64,000 bases of DNA from a virus, in the IMG/VR virus record IMGVR_UViG_3300030329_003470, positions 64,001-128,000 of that record; one strand, 5' to 3'. The translations under genes were made by a program, and so were the position numbers. Shown here one piece after another: positions 37,274 to 46,929 of the stretch; the stretch's first letter is position 1, and each line of letters opens with the position of its first letter. A model generated the notes under the pieces. That model was not told where the DNA came from. It did no database searches and worked only from the letters and a program-made list of their open reading frames with translations.

Positions 37274-37276
37274 ATA
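37271..37276 (+). promoter_or_regulatory. Late promoter core TAAATA
   Basis: Overlaps the stop of the giant gene; ends 6 nt before ATG 37283. Confidence 0.6.
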
Positions 37277-37282
37277 CACTAG

Positions 37283-38008
37283 ATGACAGAAGACAATAAA
37301 CAAAACGAGCATAAAGAAGAGACTAAAAAGCCACAAGATCACAGCGGAGTTATGATGGAAGGGCATATTAAAATCTGGGATCCAGAAACAGGTGAAGTAA
37401 TAGTAGATAAAAGAAACGCAATTCACTATGAAAATATGTCTCAGGCACTAGCGAATTCATTAGCAAACAAAACAACAGGTTTTGTACATGAAATGGCATT
37501 TGGTAATGGTGGAACATCTGTTGATCCAACAGGAATTATAACTTACCTAACGCCAAATTCAACAGGATCAAATGCAACATTATACAATCAAACATATTAT
37601 AAAGTAATTGATGATAATTCATCTACAAATAAAGACACAACTAGAAACAAAATGGAAGTAAGACACACAGCAGGTAACAAGTATACTGACATTGTTTGCA
37701 CTTGTACTTTAGATTATGGTGAACCAACAGGACAATCTGCATTTGATAACACAACAAATTTTAATGGCGATTATGTATTTGACGAATTAGGATTAAAAAG
37801 TTGGGAAGGAACAGAGAACGGTTCAACTAATAAATTGTTAACACACGTTATATTCCACCCAGTACAAAAATCATTAAACAGATTAATACAAATTGATTAT
37901 ACTTTAAGAATACAATCATTAACAACATTTACTGAAACAAGTTCAACTGCATTATCAACATCAAATACTGTAAGTGGATCAACTTCAGGAAGTAATACTG
38001 GATATTAA
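37283..38008 (+). CDS. Baseplate/fibre-attachment structural protein
   Basis: 241 aa: GHIKIWD..TGEV.VDK.NAI..MAFG.GG..FDELGL..LLTHVIFHPVQKSLNR.I.I.YT.RI, resembling baseplate/tail-collar-type folds. Confidence 0.55.
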   Translation: MTEDNKQNEHKEETKKPQDHSGVMMEGHIKIWDPETGEVIVDKRNAIHYENMSQALANSLANKTTGFVHEMAFGNGGTSVDPTGIITYLTPNSTGSNATLYNQTYYKVIDDNSSTNKDTTRNKMEVRHTAGNKYTDIVCTCTLDYGEPTGQSAFDNTTNFNGDYVFDELGLKSWEGTENGSTNKLLTHVIFHPVQKSLNRLIQIDYTLRIQSLTTFTETSSTALSTSNTVSGSTSGSNTGY

Positions 38009-38011
38009 TAG

Positions 38012-39520
38012 ATGGCATACACAGTAAACAAAAGTAATAGTTCAGCATCGCCAAATGCTTACACAGTTCAAGATGGTGTAGTTAATACACAAACTGATTT
38101 AAGTTTTATTGGAAAAGGGTATGCAGGGTATGGAGAAAGTATTGCTGAAAATTTTTTACACATATTAGAAAACTTTTCAAACACATCAGCACCAACAAAA
38201 CCAATTACTGGACAACTTTGGTGGGATAGCACAAACAGTAAATTAAAAGTTTATAATGGTACATCATGGCTATCATCAGGTGGTAGTGCACCTTATCAAT
38301 CAGCAGAACCTTCAGGAATTTCACAAGGTGATATGTGGATTGATTCAGACACAGGACAATTATATTTCCATAATGGTACACAATCAATATTAGTAGGACC
38401 TCCAGCGGCAACTGGAACCACAAACGGATTTACATATGATTCTATATTAGATTCTACAGATGTAACGCAGAATATTACAAAATTATATAACGACGGAAAT
38501 TTAATTGCAATTATTTCTGAAGATACATTTACTCCAAAAACTTCAATATCAGGTTTTGCCACAATTAAAAAAGGTATTACTTTAACAACAGCAATATCAG
38601 ATACAAAATTTCAGGGTACTTCTACTGACTCAGATGCATTAGGCGGAGTTACCGCGGCCAACTATTTGAGATCAAATGCAAACGATACAACATCAGGTAC
38701 ATTAGGTGTTGTAACAGATTCAGGGATGACTGTTGGAGCAGACAACGACTTGTCTATTACAGTTGACTCAAGTGGTGCAATTATTTCAAATACAATATCA
38801 GATACAGATATTACGTTTAAAGTTAATGATGGTGGTACAACAACAACACTAATGACTTTAGATGGATCAGAAGCACGAATTGGAATTGGAACAACATCTC
38901 CAAGTACAAAAGTAGAAGTTTCAGGCACAGTAACAGCCACAGCATTCGCAGGTCCAATTACAGGAGCAGTTACAGGAAACGTTGCAGGTAACGTATCAAG
39001 TTCTGGTGCTAACACAATGGGCAGTTTGGTTTTAAGTGGAAATATAACAACACAAGATATTATTGCGGCCTCAGATGCAACATATGACATTGGATCTTCA
39101 AGTGCTGGATATAACACAGTTTACGCCAAAGCAACATCGGCTCAATATGCTGACTTGGCTGAGAAATATGAAACTGACTCTAACTATGACGTAGGTACAG
39201 TTGTTATATTTGGTGGAGAAAAAGAAGTTACACAATCAACAATATCTAATGATACTAGAGTGGCAGGAGTAATAAGTGAAGATCCTGCATACTTAATGAA
39301 TGATAAATCAGAAGGTCAAGCAATAGCACTTGTAGGAAAAGTTAAGTGTAAAGTACACGGTGTAGTATCAAAAGGTGATCTTTTGACTACTTGCGGAACA
39401 CATCCTGGCTGTGCCCAAAAGGCAATCAGTCCAGTTTTAGGTTCTGTAGTAGGAAAAGCAATGGAAAACAAAGAAGATGCTGGTGAAAGTGTCATTTTAA
39501 TAAGTGTAGGAAGGTTATAA
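38012..39520 (+). CDS. Tail fibre protein with C-terminal Peptidase_G2-like intramolecular chaperone
   Basis: N-terminal GKGYAGYGE..AENFL..LENF....P...GQLW.D; C-terminal YADLAEKY..GTVV.FGGEKEV..VAGVIS..PAYLMN..IAL.G.V.CKV.G...KGDLL. Confidence 0.75.
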   Translation: MAYTVNKSNSSASPNAYTVQDGVVNTQTDLSFIGKGYAGYGESIAENFLHILENFSNTSAPTKPITGQLWWDSTNSKLKVYNGTSWLSSGGSAPYQSAEPSGISQGDMWIDSDTGQLYFHNGTQSILVGPPAATGTTNGFTYDSILDSTDVTQNITKLYNDGNLIAIISEDTFTPKTSISGFATIKKGITLTTAISDTKFQGTSTDSDALGGVTAANYLRSNANDTTSGTLGVVTDSGMTVGADNDLSITVDSSGAIISNTISDTDITFKVNDGGTTTTLMTLDGSEARIGIGTTSPSTKVEVSGTVTATAFAGPITGAVTGNVAGNVSSSGANTMGSLVLSGNITTQDIIAASDATYDIGSSSAGYNTVYAKATSAQYADLAEKYETDSNYDVGTVVIFGGEKEVTQSTISNDTRVAGVISEDPAYLMNDKSEGQAIALVGKVKCKVHGVVSKGDLLTTCGTHPGCAQKAISPVLGSVVGKAMENKEDAGESVILISVGRL

Positions 39521-39523
39521 ATA
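39516..39523 (+). promoter_or_regulatory. Late promoter TATAAATA
   Basis: Exact consensus, ending 7 nt before ATG 39531. Confidence 0.7.
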
Positions 39524-39530
39524 TAGGTAT

Positions 39531-40925
39531 ATGGCGTACACAATTAACAAAACAGACGGAACAGTATTAGCAACAATTACAGACGGTACAATAGACACGT
39601 CTACAAGTTTAACACTTTTTGGAAAAAGTTATTCAGGGTTTGGTGAGGGTTTAAACGAGGACCTTGTAAAATTATTAGAGAATTCAGCAGGAACATCAAC
39701 ACCAACATCACCAATTAAAGGTGAATTATGGTTTGATGCAAACACAGGACAATTAAAAGTATACGACGGTACACAGTTTGAACCGGCAGGCGGAGCAAAA
39801 TCACAGTCAGCACAGCCAACATCAGCATCAGCAGGGGATTTATGGCATGACACAGATGATGATCAAGTTTACATTTATACTGGATCAGCATGGGTATTAA
39901 TTGGACCAGTTTATACTTCAGGACAAACATTATCAGGATGGAAAATAGAAACACTTGCTAGTTCAGGTGGTGACAAAGTTGTTTCATCAATGTATGCAGG
40001 CAATTCAAGAGTTTGTATATTATCAAAAGAAACATTTACACCATCAGTATCGCAAACAGGTTTTGCATCAATTAAAGCAGGATTAACTTTAAATTCTACT
40101 TTAGGTGCAGTGTTTGAAGGAACAAACACTCAAGCAACTTTCCTTGATGTAAGTTCAACAACTAACAGTTCAGCCAGTTTAATTGCAGGCGGAAATATGA
40201 TGAGAGCAGATGCGGCAGACACCACAACAGGTGCAATAACAATTGACGCAGATGGTGGTTTAATAGTTGGTGACGCACAAGAATTTTCAATAACAGTTTC
40301 AAGTAATCATGTTACATTAGCACAAACGTCTGAAGATAAAGACATGAGTTTTACAATTAATGATGGTGGAGCAACAGTTACACCATTGAAATTTACAGGC
40401 TCAACAGGAGCAGTTACTATTGTAGGAAACGTAGATATCACAGGAACATTGACAGTAAGTGGTGAATATGATGCAAAAAGTGTTAACATTAACACTTATG
40501 ATGATGCATTTATAAAACTTAACAACGGTAATTCAGAAACAGATTCAGGATTAATTGTTGAAACAGGCGATACTGATGATGCTAGAATTTTTTATGAAGT
40601 AGGCACAAACAGATGGATGGCAGGTGAAGGAGCAAATTATTCCAATATTATAAGATTATCAGACGCAACAACAAACGGGGCAACAAGTCAAGGTTCAGTT
40701 ATTAAAACTGATTCATCAGGTATATTCACAGTTGCAGGTATCGAAATGTCAGCAGTAGGATCTGCAATAGGAACAGGAGACACTGGTGATACTAGTGTAC
40801 CAACTATTGGTCAGGTAGCGACATTTGGAGAAAAATGGGGTGGTTCAGAGAAAACTGTTTCAACTTCAGACCCAACATCAGGTGACGGTGCAAACGGAGA
40901 CTTTTGGTTCGTAAGGGAGGCATAA
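39531..40925 (+). CDS. Tail fibre paralog without the chaperone domain
   Basis: Same N-terminal module as 38012 (GKSYSGFGEGLNEDLVKLLEN..GELWFD); ends STSDPTSGDGANGDFWFV. Confidence 0.72.
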   Translation: MAYTINKTDGTVLATITDGTIDTSTSLTLFGKSYSGFGEGLNEDLVKLLENSAGTSTPTSPIKGELWFDANTGQLKVYDGTQFEPAGGAKSQSAQPTSASAGDLWHDTDDDQVYIYTGSAWVLIGPVYTSGQTLSGWKIETLASSGGDKVVSSMYAGNSRVCILSKETFTPSVSQTGFASIKAGLTLNSTLGAVFEGTNTQATFLDVSSTTNSSASLIAGGNMMRADAADTTTGAITIDADGGLIVGDAQEFSITVSSNHVTLAQTSEDKDMSFTINDGGATVTPLKFTGSTGAVTIVGNVDITGTLTVSGEYDAKSVNINTYDDAFIKLNNGNSETDSGLIVETGDTDDARIFYEVGTNRWMAGEGANYSNIIRLSDATTNGATSQGSVIKTDSSGIFTVAGIEMSAVGSAIGTGDTGDTSVPTIGQVATFGEKWGGSEKTVSTSDPTSGDGANGDFWFVREA

Positions 40926-40931
40926 TCCTTT

Positions 40932-42365
40932 ATGGTCGCAGTAGTCAAATCTTTCATTTATACAGGAACACTTCAAGAAGCAACGATTCCAGCAGGAACA
41001 ACGACAATCGATATGTACCTATGGGGCGGTGCTGGCGGTGGTGGCGGTGGTGACGCAGGTGGTCCAGGTGGTGGAGGTGCCGCAGGACACTTTGTAAAAA
41101 AAACAAGTTATGCTGTTACATCAAATATTGGCGACACAATTACTGTTGCAGTAGGTGGTGGTGGAGCAGGTGGCTCAGGTGGTAGCAGTGCACCGGGCGG
41201 AGGCAACGGAAAAAGTATTACAGAATATTCAGGCGGAACAGGTGGTACATCAGGTCCACGAGGTTCTTCAGGAGCAGGTGGAGGCGGTGGAGGAGCCTCA
41301 GTTATAAAAATAGGTTCAGAAGGTGCAATCGCAGTCGCAGGTGGCGGTGGCGGAGGTGCTGGAGCAGGAGTTGCCTCAAATGGATCAGGCGGTATAAATT
41401 CTAATTCAGCCACAGGTAATTCACCAGGCACATTAGGTGAAAATGGAAAAAGTCACTCTGGAGACGGTGGCGGTGGTGGTGCTGGAGGCGGAGGAGCCGA
41501 CGGCGGAAAATCAGGTAACGGTGGTTCCGGAGACAACGGAGGTACTGGAGGTTATGCTGGATCAAACACTGTACCATCAAGTGGATCAGCAGATGACGGT
41601 TCAGGTGTAACACCAGGAGGAACAGGCGAAAGTTATTATGCTTCAGGCGTAGCAGTTGGTGCCGGTGCAGGCGGTGTTGGAGGAAACGGAAAAGTAGTTG
41701 TAGTATTCAACATTGGTGTACAAGCAAATCATAAAGTAAGTGGCAATTGGAAAAGTATTAATGCTATGTATTACAAAGTATCAGGTGCTTGGAAACAGAT
41801 TACAGCAGGATATTACAAAGTATCAGGCACATGGAAAGCGTTATTCAATTCAGGAATTACATTTGTATCAAACTCAGCAGGGTTTGGAGATTCAGGCGGA
41901 AGTTCATCATCAGGTGGCGGCGGCTCTGGAGGCGGCGGTGGTTGTTTCATAGCCGGAACATTAGTTACTATGCTAGACGGTACAACTAAACCAGTAGAAC
42001 AAGTAGATATTGGAGACGAAGTACTAGTTGGTGGCAAAGTATTTGCAACAGGTAAGTTCTTAATTGATAATTTATATGATTACAAAGGCATACAAGTATC
42101 AGGTACACACATGGTTAAAGAAGATGGTAAATGGACTAGAGTTGAAAACAGCAAACATGGTATTTCATTAGGCAGTGATGATGCAATAGTTTATGTATTT
42201 GGATCTGAAAATAGAAGAATTATTATAAACGGAATAGAATTCACAGACTACTTTGAATTAAGTGAACAACAAGAATTAGTAAACCACGGCGAACAATTTT
42301 TTAGTAATTGGCAAGATCATGATAGACAGATACATGATAAAAATGTTAATATACTAAATGCTTGA
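40932..42365 (+). CDS. Glycine-rich fibre/adhesin protein with C-terminal Hint autoprocessing domain
   Basis: Gly-rich domain (YLWGGAGGGG), three (Y/H)KVSG.WK repeats, then GGGG|CFIAGTLV (Cys at 41943), VSGTH and VY..G.....ING..FTDY. Confidence 0.8.
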   Translation: MVAVVKSFIYTGTLQEATIPAGTTTIDMYLWGGAGGGGGGDAGGPGGGGAAGHFVKKTSYAVTSNIGDTITVAVGGGGAGGSGGSSAPGGGNGKSITEYSGGTGGTSGPRGSSGAGGGGGGASVIKIGSEGAIAVAGGGGGGAGAGVASNGSGGINSNSATGNSPGTLGENGKSHSGDGGGGGAGGGGADGGKSGNGGSGDNGGTGGYAGSNTVPSSGSADDGSGVTPGGTGESYYASGVAVGAGAGGVGGNGKVVVVFNIGVQANHKVSGNWKSINAMYYKVSGAWKQITAGYYKVSGTWKALFNSGITFVSNSAGFGDSGGSSSSGGGGSGGGGGCFIAGTLVTMLDGTTKPVEQVDIGDEVLVGGKVFATGKFLIDNLYDYKGIQVSGTHMVKEDGKWTRVENSKHGISLGSDDAIVYVFGSENRRIIINGIEFTDYFELSEQQELVNHGEQFFSNWQDHDRQIHDKNVNILNA

Positions 42366-43026
42366 TAAATCATTTTACCAAGGCGAACAAGGCGACTGTT
42401 TTTTAAAACTTGAAAAACATTTCCAAGAAATAAAACACGAGTTTGATTCACAACCTAACAAAACATTTTTAGAACCTGAAGATTTTTCAGATAGTGTAAG
42501 AGGATTACCTGAAGATTTTGATGATAAGTCAGGAGACTATGTTAGTGGTGAATGGCGAGCATTAGGCATACAATCAGGTGATCATGAAGGACAATCTTTT
42601 AATGATTATCCTATGTTGTACTCAATTTTAAGAAAATTTCCATACAAAACCAACGTTGCTATTATGACTGTAGGACCAGATACAAAAATTGGCAATCATA
42701 CTGACAACGAAGGCGGATGGAGATATCAAATGTGTTTAGATGATGGAGGTGGAACCAATAGTGGTATGTATGTAATGAATATAGAAACAAAAAAACAAGA
42801 ATTGTACACTTGGAAAACAGGCGAAGCATTTATATTTCAACCAGATATACAACTACATAACGGTTTTAATAATAATCCTAACGAAAGAACTACATTATTG
42901 ATTGACTTTTTTAAAGAATCAGAGTACACTAAAGAGAAGTTTGAAAAATATTACCAAAACTATTCAGAGTGCTTTGAAGGATTGGAAAATTTAGTTGATA
43001 CATATGAGTCGAGAAAACAAAAATAA
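42358..43026 (+). CDS. Aspartyl/asparaginyl beta-hydroxylase-like 2OG-Fe(II) enzyme
   Basis: GNHTD (H-x-D), W..GEAFIF...LHNGFN and R..L.ID pattern of the Asp_Arg_Hydrox family. Confidence 0.75.
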   Translation: MLDKSFYQGEQGDCFLKLEKHFQEIKHEFDSQPNKTFLEPEDFSDSVRGLPEDFDDKSGDYVSGEWRALGIQSGDHEGQSFNDYPMLYSILRKFPYKTNVAIMTVGPDTKIGNHTDNEGGWRYQMCLDDGGGTNSGMYVMNIETKKQELYTWKTGEAFIFQPDIQLHNGFNNNPNERTTLLIDFFKESEYTKEKFEKYYQNYSECFEGLENLVDTYESRKQK

Positions 43027-43579
43027 AATTGCAATAATTGGACACACCAAAGGTATTGGTAAAGCCATTGCAAAGTTATATCAAAAAAATAAGTTTGAAA
43101 TAGTTGGATTAAGTAGGTCCAATGGATATGATTTAGAAAAAAATCAAAATGAAATATTAGATTGTTTAGATGATTGTAATCTTGTTGTTATAAATGCATT
43201 TGCAGGTAAAGGGCAATTAAATCTTTTAAAAAGAATATACGGAAGATATCATAATTCAAAAAAGAAAATTGCTGTAATAACAAGTACTTCAGGAACTATT
43301 GCAGGAGAAGACGAAGATATAAGTTCTAAAACGTATAAAGAATATTGTAAATTAAAAAAAGAATTAATAGAATATATAAGTGATTTACAACAAGAGTTAG
43401 TTATGAGACCGTTATCTGTATATGATGTATGTCCAGACACAGTAGATACTGACATGACAAAAGGTTTATGGGAAGAATGGCCAAAATTAAAAGCAAGTGA
43501 AGTGGCTCAAGCAGTAAAATATTGCTTTGAATCAACGTTTAATATTAATAAGATAGTGATGCAGAAAAATGTTAGTTAG
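43004..43579 (+). CDS. Short-chain dehydrogenase/reductase-like protein
   Basis: IAIIGHTKGIGKAIA, INA, ITS, Y...K (YCKLK) and PDTVDTDMT; ATG 43004 preferred over TTG 42995. Confidence 0.75.
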   Translation: MSRENKNKIAIIGHTKGIGKAIAKLYQKNKFEIVGLSRSNGYDLEKNQNEILDCLDDCNLVVINAFAGKGQLNLLKRIYGRYHNSKKKIAVITSTSGTIAGEDEDISSKTYKEYCKLKKELIEYISDLQQELVMRPLSVYDVCPDTVDTDMTKGLWEEWPKLKASEVAQAVKYCFESTFNINKIVMQKNVS

Positions 43580-44033
43580 ACCTTGGGATAGAAATAAAGA
43601 TTATGATACACTAGTCAAGTGGTGGAAAGATTGGCAATTTGGTGTAGTACCAAAAGAATGTTTGCCACCTGAAGGTATTATAGTAGAAGTAGACGGAAAA
43701 CCAGTTTGTGCTGGCGGATTGTATGTAGGAGAAGGAACACAGTTTGGATTTATGGAATGGATTGTAACAGATAAACAAGCAGACCCAAGGAATTTGCATG
43801 AATCATTAAAATTGTGTATTGATAGTATTATGTCACTTGCAAAAGACAAAGGATTAAAACTAGTTTACACTGCTACAAAACACGAAGCACTGCATAAAAG
43901 ATATCAAAAATACCATGAAATGATGCTCACAGAGAGTAATGTAAAGACTTTTTTACGTGATTTAGACGGCAAATATACTCAAAATTTAGAGTGGATACAG
44001 GACGACGAGCAATACTTCAAGCATAATAAATAA
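43569..44033 (+). CDS. GNAT-fold acetyltransferase-like protein
   Basis: 154 aa: GIIVE.DG.PVCAGGLY..FMEWIVTD..L..CID....LAK..G...VY, a GNAT topology. Confidence 0.55.
   Translation: MLVRPWDRNKDYDTLVKWWKDWQFGVVPKECLPPEGIIVEVDGKPVCAGGLYVGEGTQFGFMEWIVTDKQADPRNLHESLKLCIDSIMSLAKDKGLKLVYTATKHEALHKRYQKYHEMMLTESNVKTFLRDLDGKYTQNLEWIQDDEQYFKHNK
44027..44032 (+). promoter_or_regulatory. Late promoter core TAAATA
   Basis: Upstream of an AAGGAG RBS and ATG 44053. Confidence 0.55.
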
Positions 44034-44052
44034 GCATAAGGAGTACATTTAA

Positions 44053-44229
44053 ATGGCAACGAAACAAGAAGTCGCAGACTACATTAACGCAAATTATGAA
44101 TCTGCATGGAGTAAAGCAGAAGAGACTAAAATAGATCAAATGCTAACACCAGAATTAGCAGAGATTTTAATTAAATTAGTCGGTGATGTTAGTTTTTTAA
44201 CAGAGGTTAGAGACAATAAATCTAACTAG
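44053..44229 (+). CDS. 58-aa hypothetical protein
   Basis: MATKQEVADYINANYESAWSKAEETKIDQMLTPELAEILIKLVGDVSFLTEVRDNKSN; strong AAGGAG RBS; below the track's length cut-off. Confidence 0.65.
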   Translation: MATKQEVADYINANYESAWSKAEETKIDQMLTPELAEILIKLVGDVSFLTEVRDNKSN

Positions 44230-44235
44230 GAGATT

Positions 44236-45885
44236 ATGGCGTACAAAATTAACAACACCTTCGGGACACAAATAGTCTCATTAGCAGATGGTACATTAGA
44301 TACCACTACTACTGATCTTGCACTTTTTGGAAAAGGGTATGCAGGATTTGGTGAAAAACTAAATGAAAATTTAATAAAACTTCTAGAAAATTTTAATAAT
44401 ACATCAGCACCATCAAACAAAATTACAGGTCAACTATGGTATGACCAAACAAATAAACAAATCAACGTTTACGACGGAACAAAATTTAAACCAGTTGGAT
44501 CATCTACAAATTCAACAACGTCACCGTCAAATGCAGTACTAGGTGATACATGGTTTGATACCACTAATACACAATTATATGTTTACAACGGATCAGCATG
44601 GACACTGATTGGACCAACAACAGTTGCAGGATCAGGTGTTACATCAGCAACCTCAGAAACAGTTCAAGATAATGCAGGCGTTAACAGAGATATTTTAAAA
44701 CTTGTTGCCAACGATGCAGTTGTTGGGGTTGTATCTAATATTGCTTTTACACCAAGTTCAACAGAAACAGCAGGTGCGGCATTAGTTGCGGCTGGTTATT
44801 CCACTGTTGCACAAGGTATACAATTATCATCTACAGTATCATCAGCAAAATTTAGAGGAACGTCAACAGATTCAGATGCATTAGGTGGAGTTGCCGCGGC
44901 AAACTATCTAAGATCAAATGCGGCAGATACAACATCAGGCACATTAGGAATACTAGCAGATGGTACAACATTAACTTTAGGTGCAGGTTCAGATATTACT
45001 TTTACAATGGCAAGTGATAACTTAACTGTTGCACAAACAACACAAGATAAAGATATAATTTTCACTGTAAATGATGGCGGCTCAACTGTAACATTAATGA
45101 CACTTGATGGAGACACAGGAAGATTAGAACTTCCATCATGTGGTGATGTAAGAATTAAAGGAAATTTAACAGTAGATGGTGATCAAGTTGTTAATAACAC
45201 ATCAACTTTAACAGTTGAAGACAATATTATTGAATTAAACAGAAATATTTCCTCAAATTCAGGAATGCCAAACTATTCAGGAATTAAAGTAAACAGAGGT
45301 GAAACATCTGTTGCTACTGAACAAGACTTATACTGGGTTTGGGACGAAACATTCGCAGATGATGGTACAACAATATACGGAAATGCAGGCGGAGCCTGGA
45401 CAGCATTTAAATCAGGTGGCGGTGATGACGAATTATCAGCACCAACGTTGGTTGATTTAAGAGCAAACGTGGTTCATGCAACATCAACATCGGCTCAATA
45501 TGCTGACTTGGCAGAAAGATATGCCTCAGATATGGCAGTAGAAGTGGGTGATGTTGTAATGTTAGGTGGCTCAGAAGAAATAACTAAATGTGATAAAGAT
45601 GCTTGTGATAAAGTGTTTGGGGTAGTAAGTGAATCACCAGCATTTTTAATGAATGCTCAAGCAGGTAACAATGACTCACATCCAATGATAGCATTAAAAG
45701 GACGTGTTATGGTTAAAATTAAGGGTACAGGACAAGCAGGAGATCGTGTGGTATCAGCAGGATCTGGAGAGGCTAGAATAGCCAGCATAGAAGAATGTAC
45801 GGCTTTTAATGTATTGGGCAGACTAATTAAAGATAAATATAATGAAGAAACCGCACTTACTGAGTGTGTAATAGGAGTTAAATAG
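44236..45885 (+). CDS. Third tail fibre paralog with Peptidase_G2-like intramolecular chaperone
   Basis: Same N-terminal module; C-terminal YADLAERY..VGDVV.LGG..VFGVVS..PAFLMN..IALKGRV.VK. Confidence 0.75.
   Translation: MAYKINNTFGTQIVSLADGTLDTTTTDLALFGKGYAGFGEKLNENLIKLLENFNNTSAPSNKITGQLWYDQTNKQINVYDGTKFKPVGSSTNSTTSPSNAVLGDTWFDTTNTQLYVYNGSAWTLIGPTTVAGSGVTSATSETVQDNAGVNRDILKLVANDAVVGVVSNIAFTPSSTETAGAALVAAGYSTVAQGIQLSSTVSSAKFRGTSTDSDALGGVAAANYLRSNAADTTSGTLGILADGTTLTLGAGSDITFTMASDNLTVAQTTQDKDIIFTVNDGGSTVTLMTLDGDTGRLELPSCGDVRIKGNLTVDGDQVVNNTSTLTVEDNIIELNRNISSNSGMPNYSGIKVNRGETSVATEQDLYWVWDETFADDGTTIYGNAGGAWTAFKSGGGDDELSAPTLVDLRANVVHATSTSAQYADLAERYASDMAVEVGDVVMLGGSEEITKCDKDACDKVFGVVSESPAFLMNAQAGNNDSHPMIALKGRVMVKIKGTGQAGDRVVSAGSGEARIASIEECTAFNVLGRLIKDKYNEETALTECVIGVK
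45879..45884 (+). promoter_or_regulatory. Late promoter core TAAATA
   Basis: Ends 5 nt before ATG 45890. Confidence 0.55.
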
Positions 45886-45889
45886 TAAT

Positions 45890-46870
45890 ATGGGATATGT
45901 AGCAGGGGAAACAATTTTAGACGACGAATACAACACATTCGTTAACAGTTCATCAGATCCATTTGGATATAATCACTTTGCAGGAACAGGCGCAACAGTT
46001 TACGGTCTTGGGCAAACGCACATAGACACTGTAGGCGCAGGAGCAACAGTTGAAGCATCTAATTGGAATACTTTAATGACAGGTATTACTAATATTGCAA
46101 ACCACTGTAATTCATCTATTACTTCAAGAACACAGGTAACAGCAGGTGATACAATATCAATTAAAGCGGCAATGGCAACAGACTTGGCTACATTGGCAAC
46201 AGCGATTGCTGGTGGTAGTACAAGTGCAACAGCATTAGACACATCTTCGGCAAAAAGACAATCAAGTTCATCAAGTGCTTGGTCACAATCACACATAGTA
46301 GAACACTCAGTTACATTTACGAATGCTAACACAATGAGATGGTTCTTTAACGGTGGTGGAAAAATTAGAGTATTAGGTGACAGAACAGGTAACGGTAACA
46401 CAGGCGGAGATGCCAATACAAAAGACACAAACTGGACAACATTATTAGCGGCAGTAGGAAACTTTGATATTGGGGCAACTGTTTCAACAAGATCTGGATC
46501 AGGCGAAACTTTAACTACAGATGGTTTATCAAATGGTTTCCATGATTTAGGAACTGGTTATACTGTTCTTATTAAATTAACAGAAGCAACTTCACCGTAC
46601 ACAGGAAACTATGTTCAAGTAGAAGCAAAATTAGATGCGGCGGCATCAGGTGGAGCGGCAACAAAAATTACTATCAAGTATTCCTTAATTGACGGTGCGG
46701 CAGATAACACATACACATCTGGTAACCTATCAAGTGTTGACCAAACTGTAGACAGAGTTGGTGTAACAAGAGTTCAATTATTCGTTATTAGTCCAAACGA
46801 CGAGCAAGGACTTGCGTCAGACATCACTGAATCAGCAACTGCTGAAGAATCTAACGCAACTACAACATAA
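45890..46870 (+). CDS. Virion structural protein (fibre-associated)
   Basis: 326 aa, T/S/G/A-rich, late promoter, last gene of the fibre block. Confidence 0.55.
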   Translation: MGYVAGETILDDEYNTFVNSSSDPFGYNHFAGTGATVYGLGQTHIDTVGAGATVEASNWNTLMTGITNIANHCNSSITSRTQVTAGDTISIKAAMATDLATLATAIAGGSTSATALDTSSAKRQSSSSSAWSQSHIVEHSVTFTNANTMRWFFNGGGKIRVLGDRTGNGNTGGDANTKDTNWTTLLAAVGNFDIGATVSTRSGSGETLTTDGLSNGFHDLGTGYTVLIKLTEATSPYTGNYVQVEAKLDAAASGGAATKITIKYSLIDGAADNTYTSGNLSSVDQTVDRVGVTRVQLFVISPNDEQGLASDITESATAEESNATTT

Positions 46871-46917
46871 TAATACCAAAAAATTTTTATCAGGTCGTTA
46901 AATCGCCATAATTATCG

Positions 46918-46923
46918 TATAAT
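46918..46923 (+). promoter_or_regulatory. Sigma70-like -10 box TATAAT heading the sugar-tailoring operon
   Basis: 6 nt before ATG 46930; CAGGTC 21 nt upstream; no canonical -35. Confidence 0.45.
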
Positions 46924-46929
46924 TGTGGT

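Noticed and set aside
40932-41940. GC-rich Gly-codon tract as a foreign island
   Set aside because: Explained by poly-Gly composition (GGN codons, mostly GGT/GGA/GGC), unlike the synonymous shift at 4650-5100.
41943-42260. Hint domain as a mobile intein
   Set aside because: No C-terminal His-Asn plus Cys/Ser/Thr junction, no homing endonuclease, and no C-extein of a host protein.
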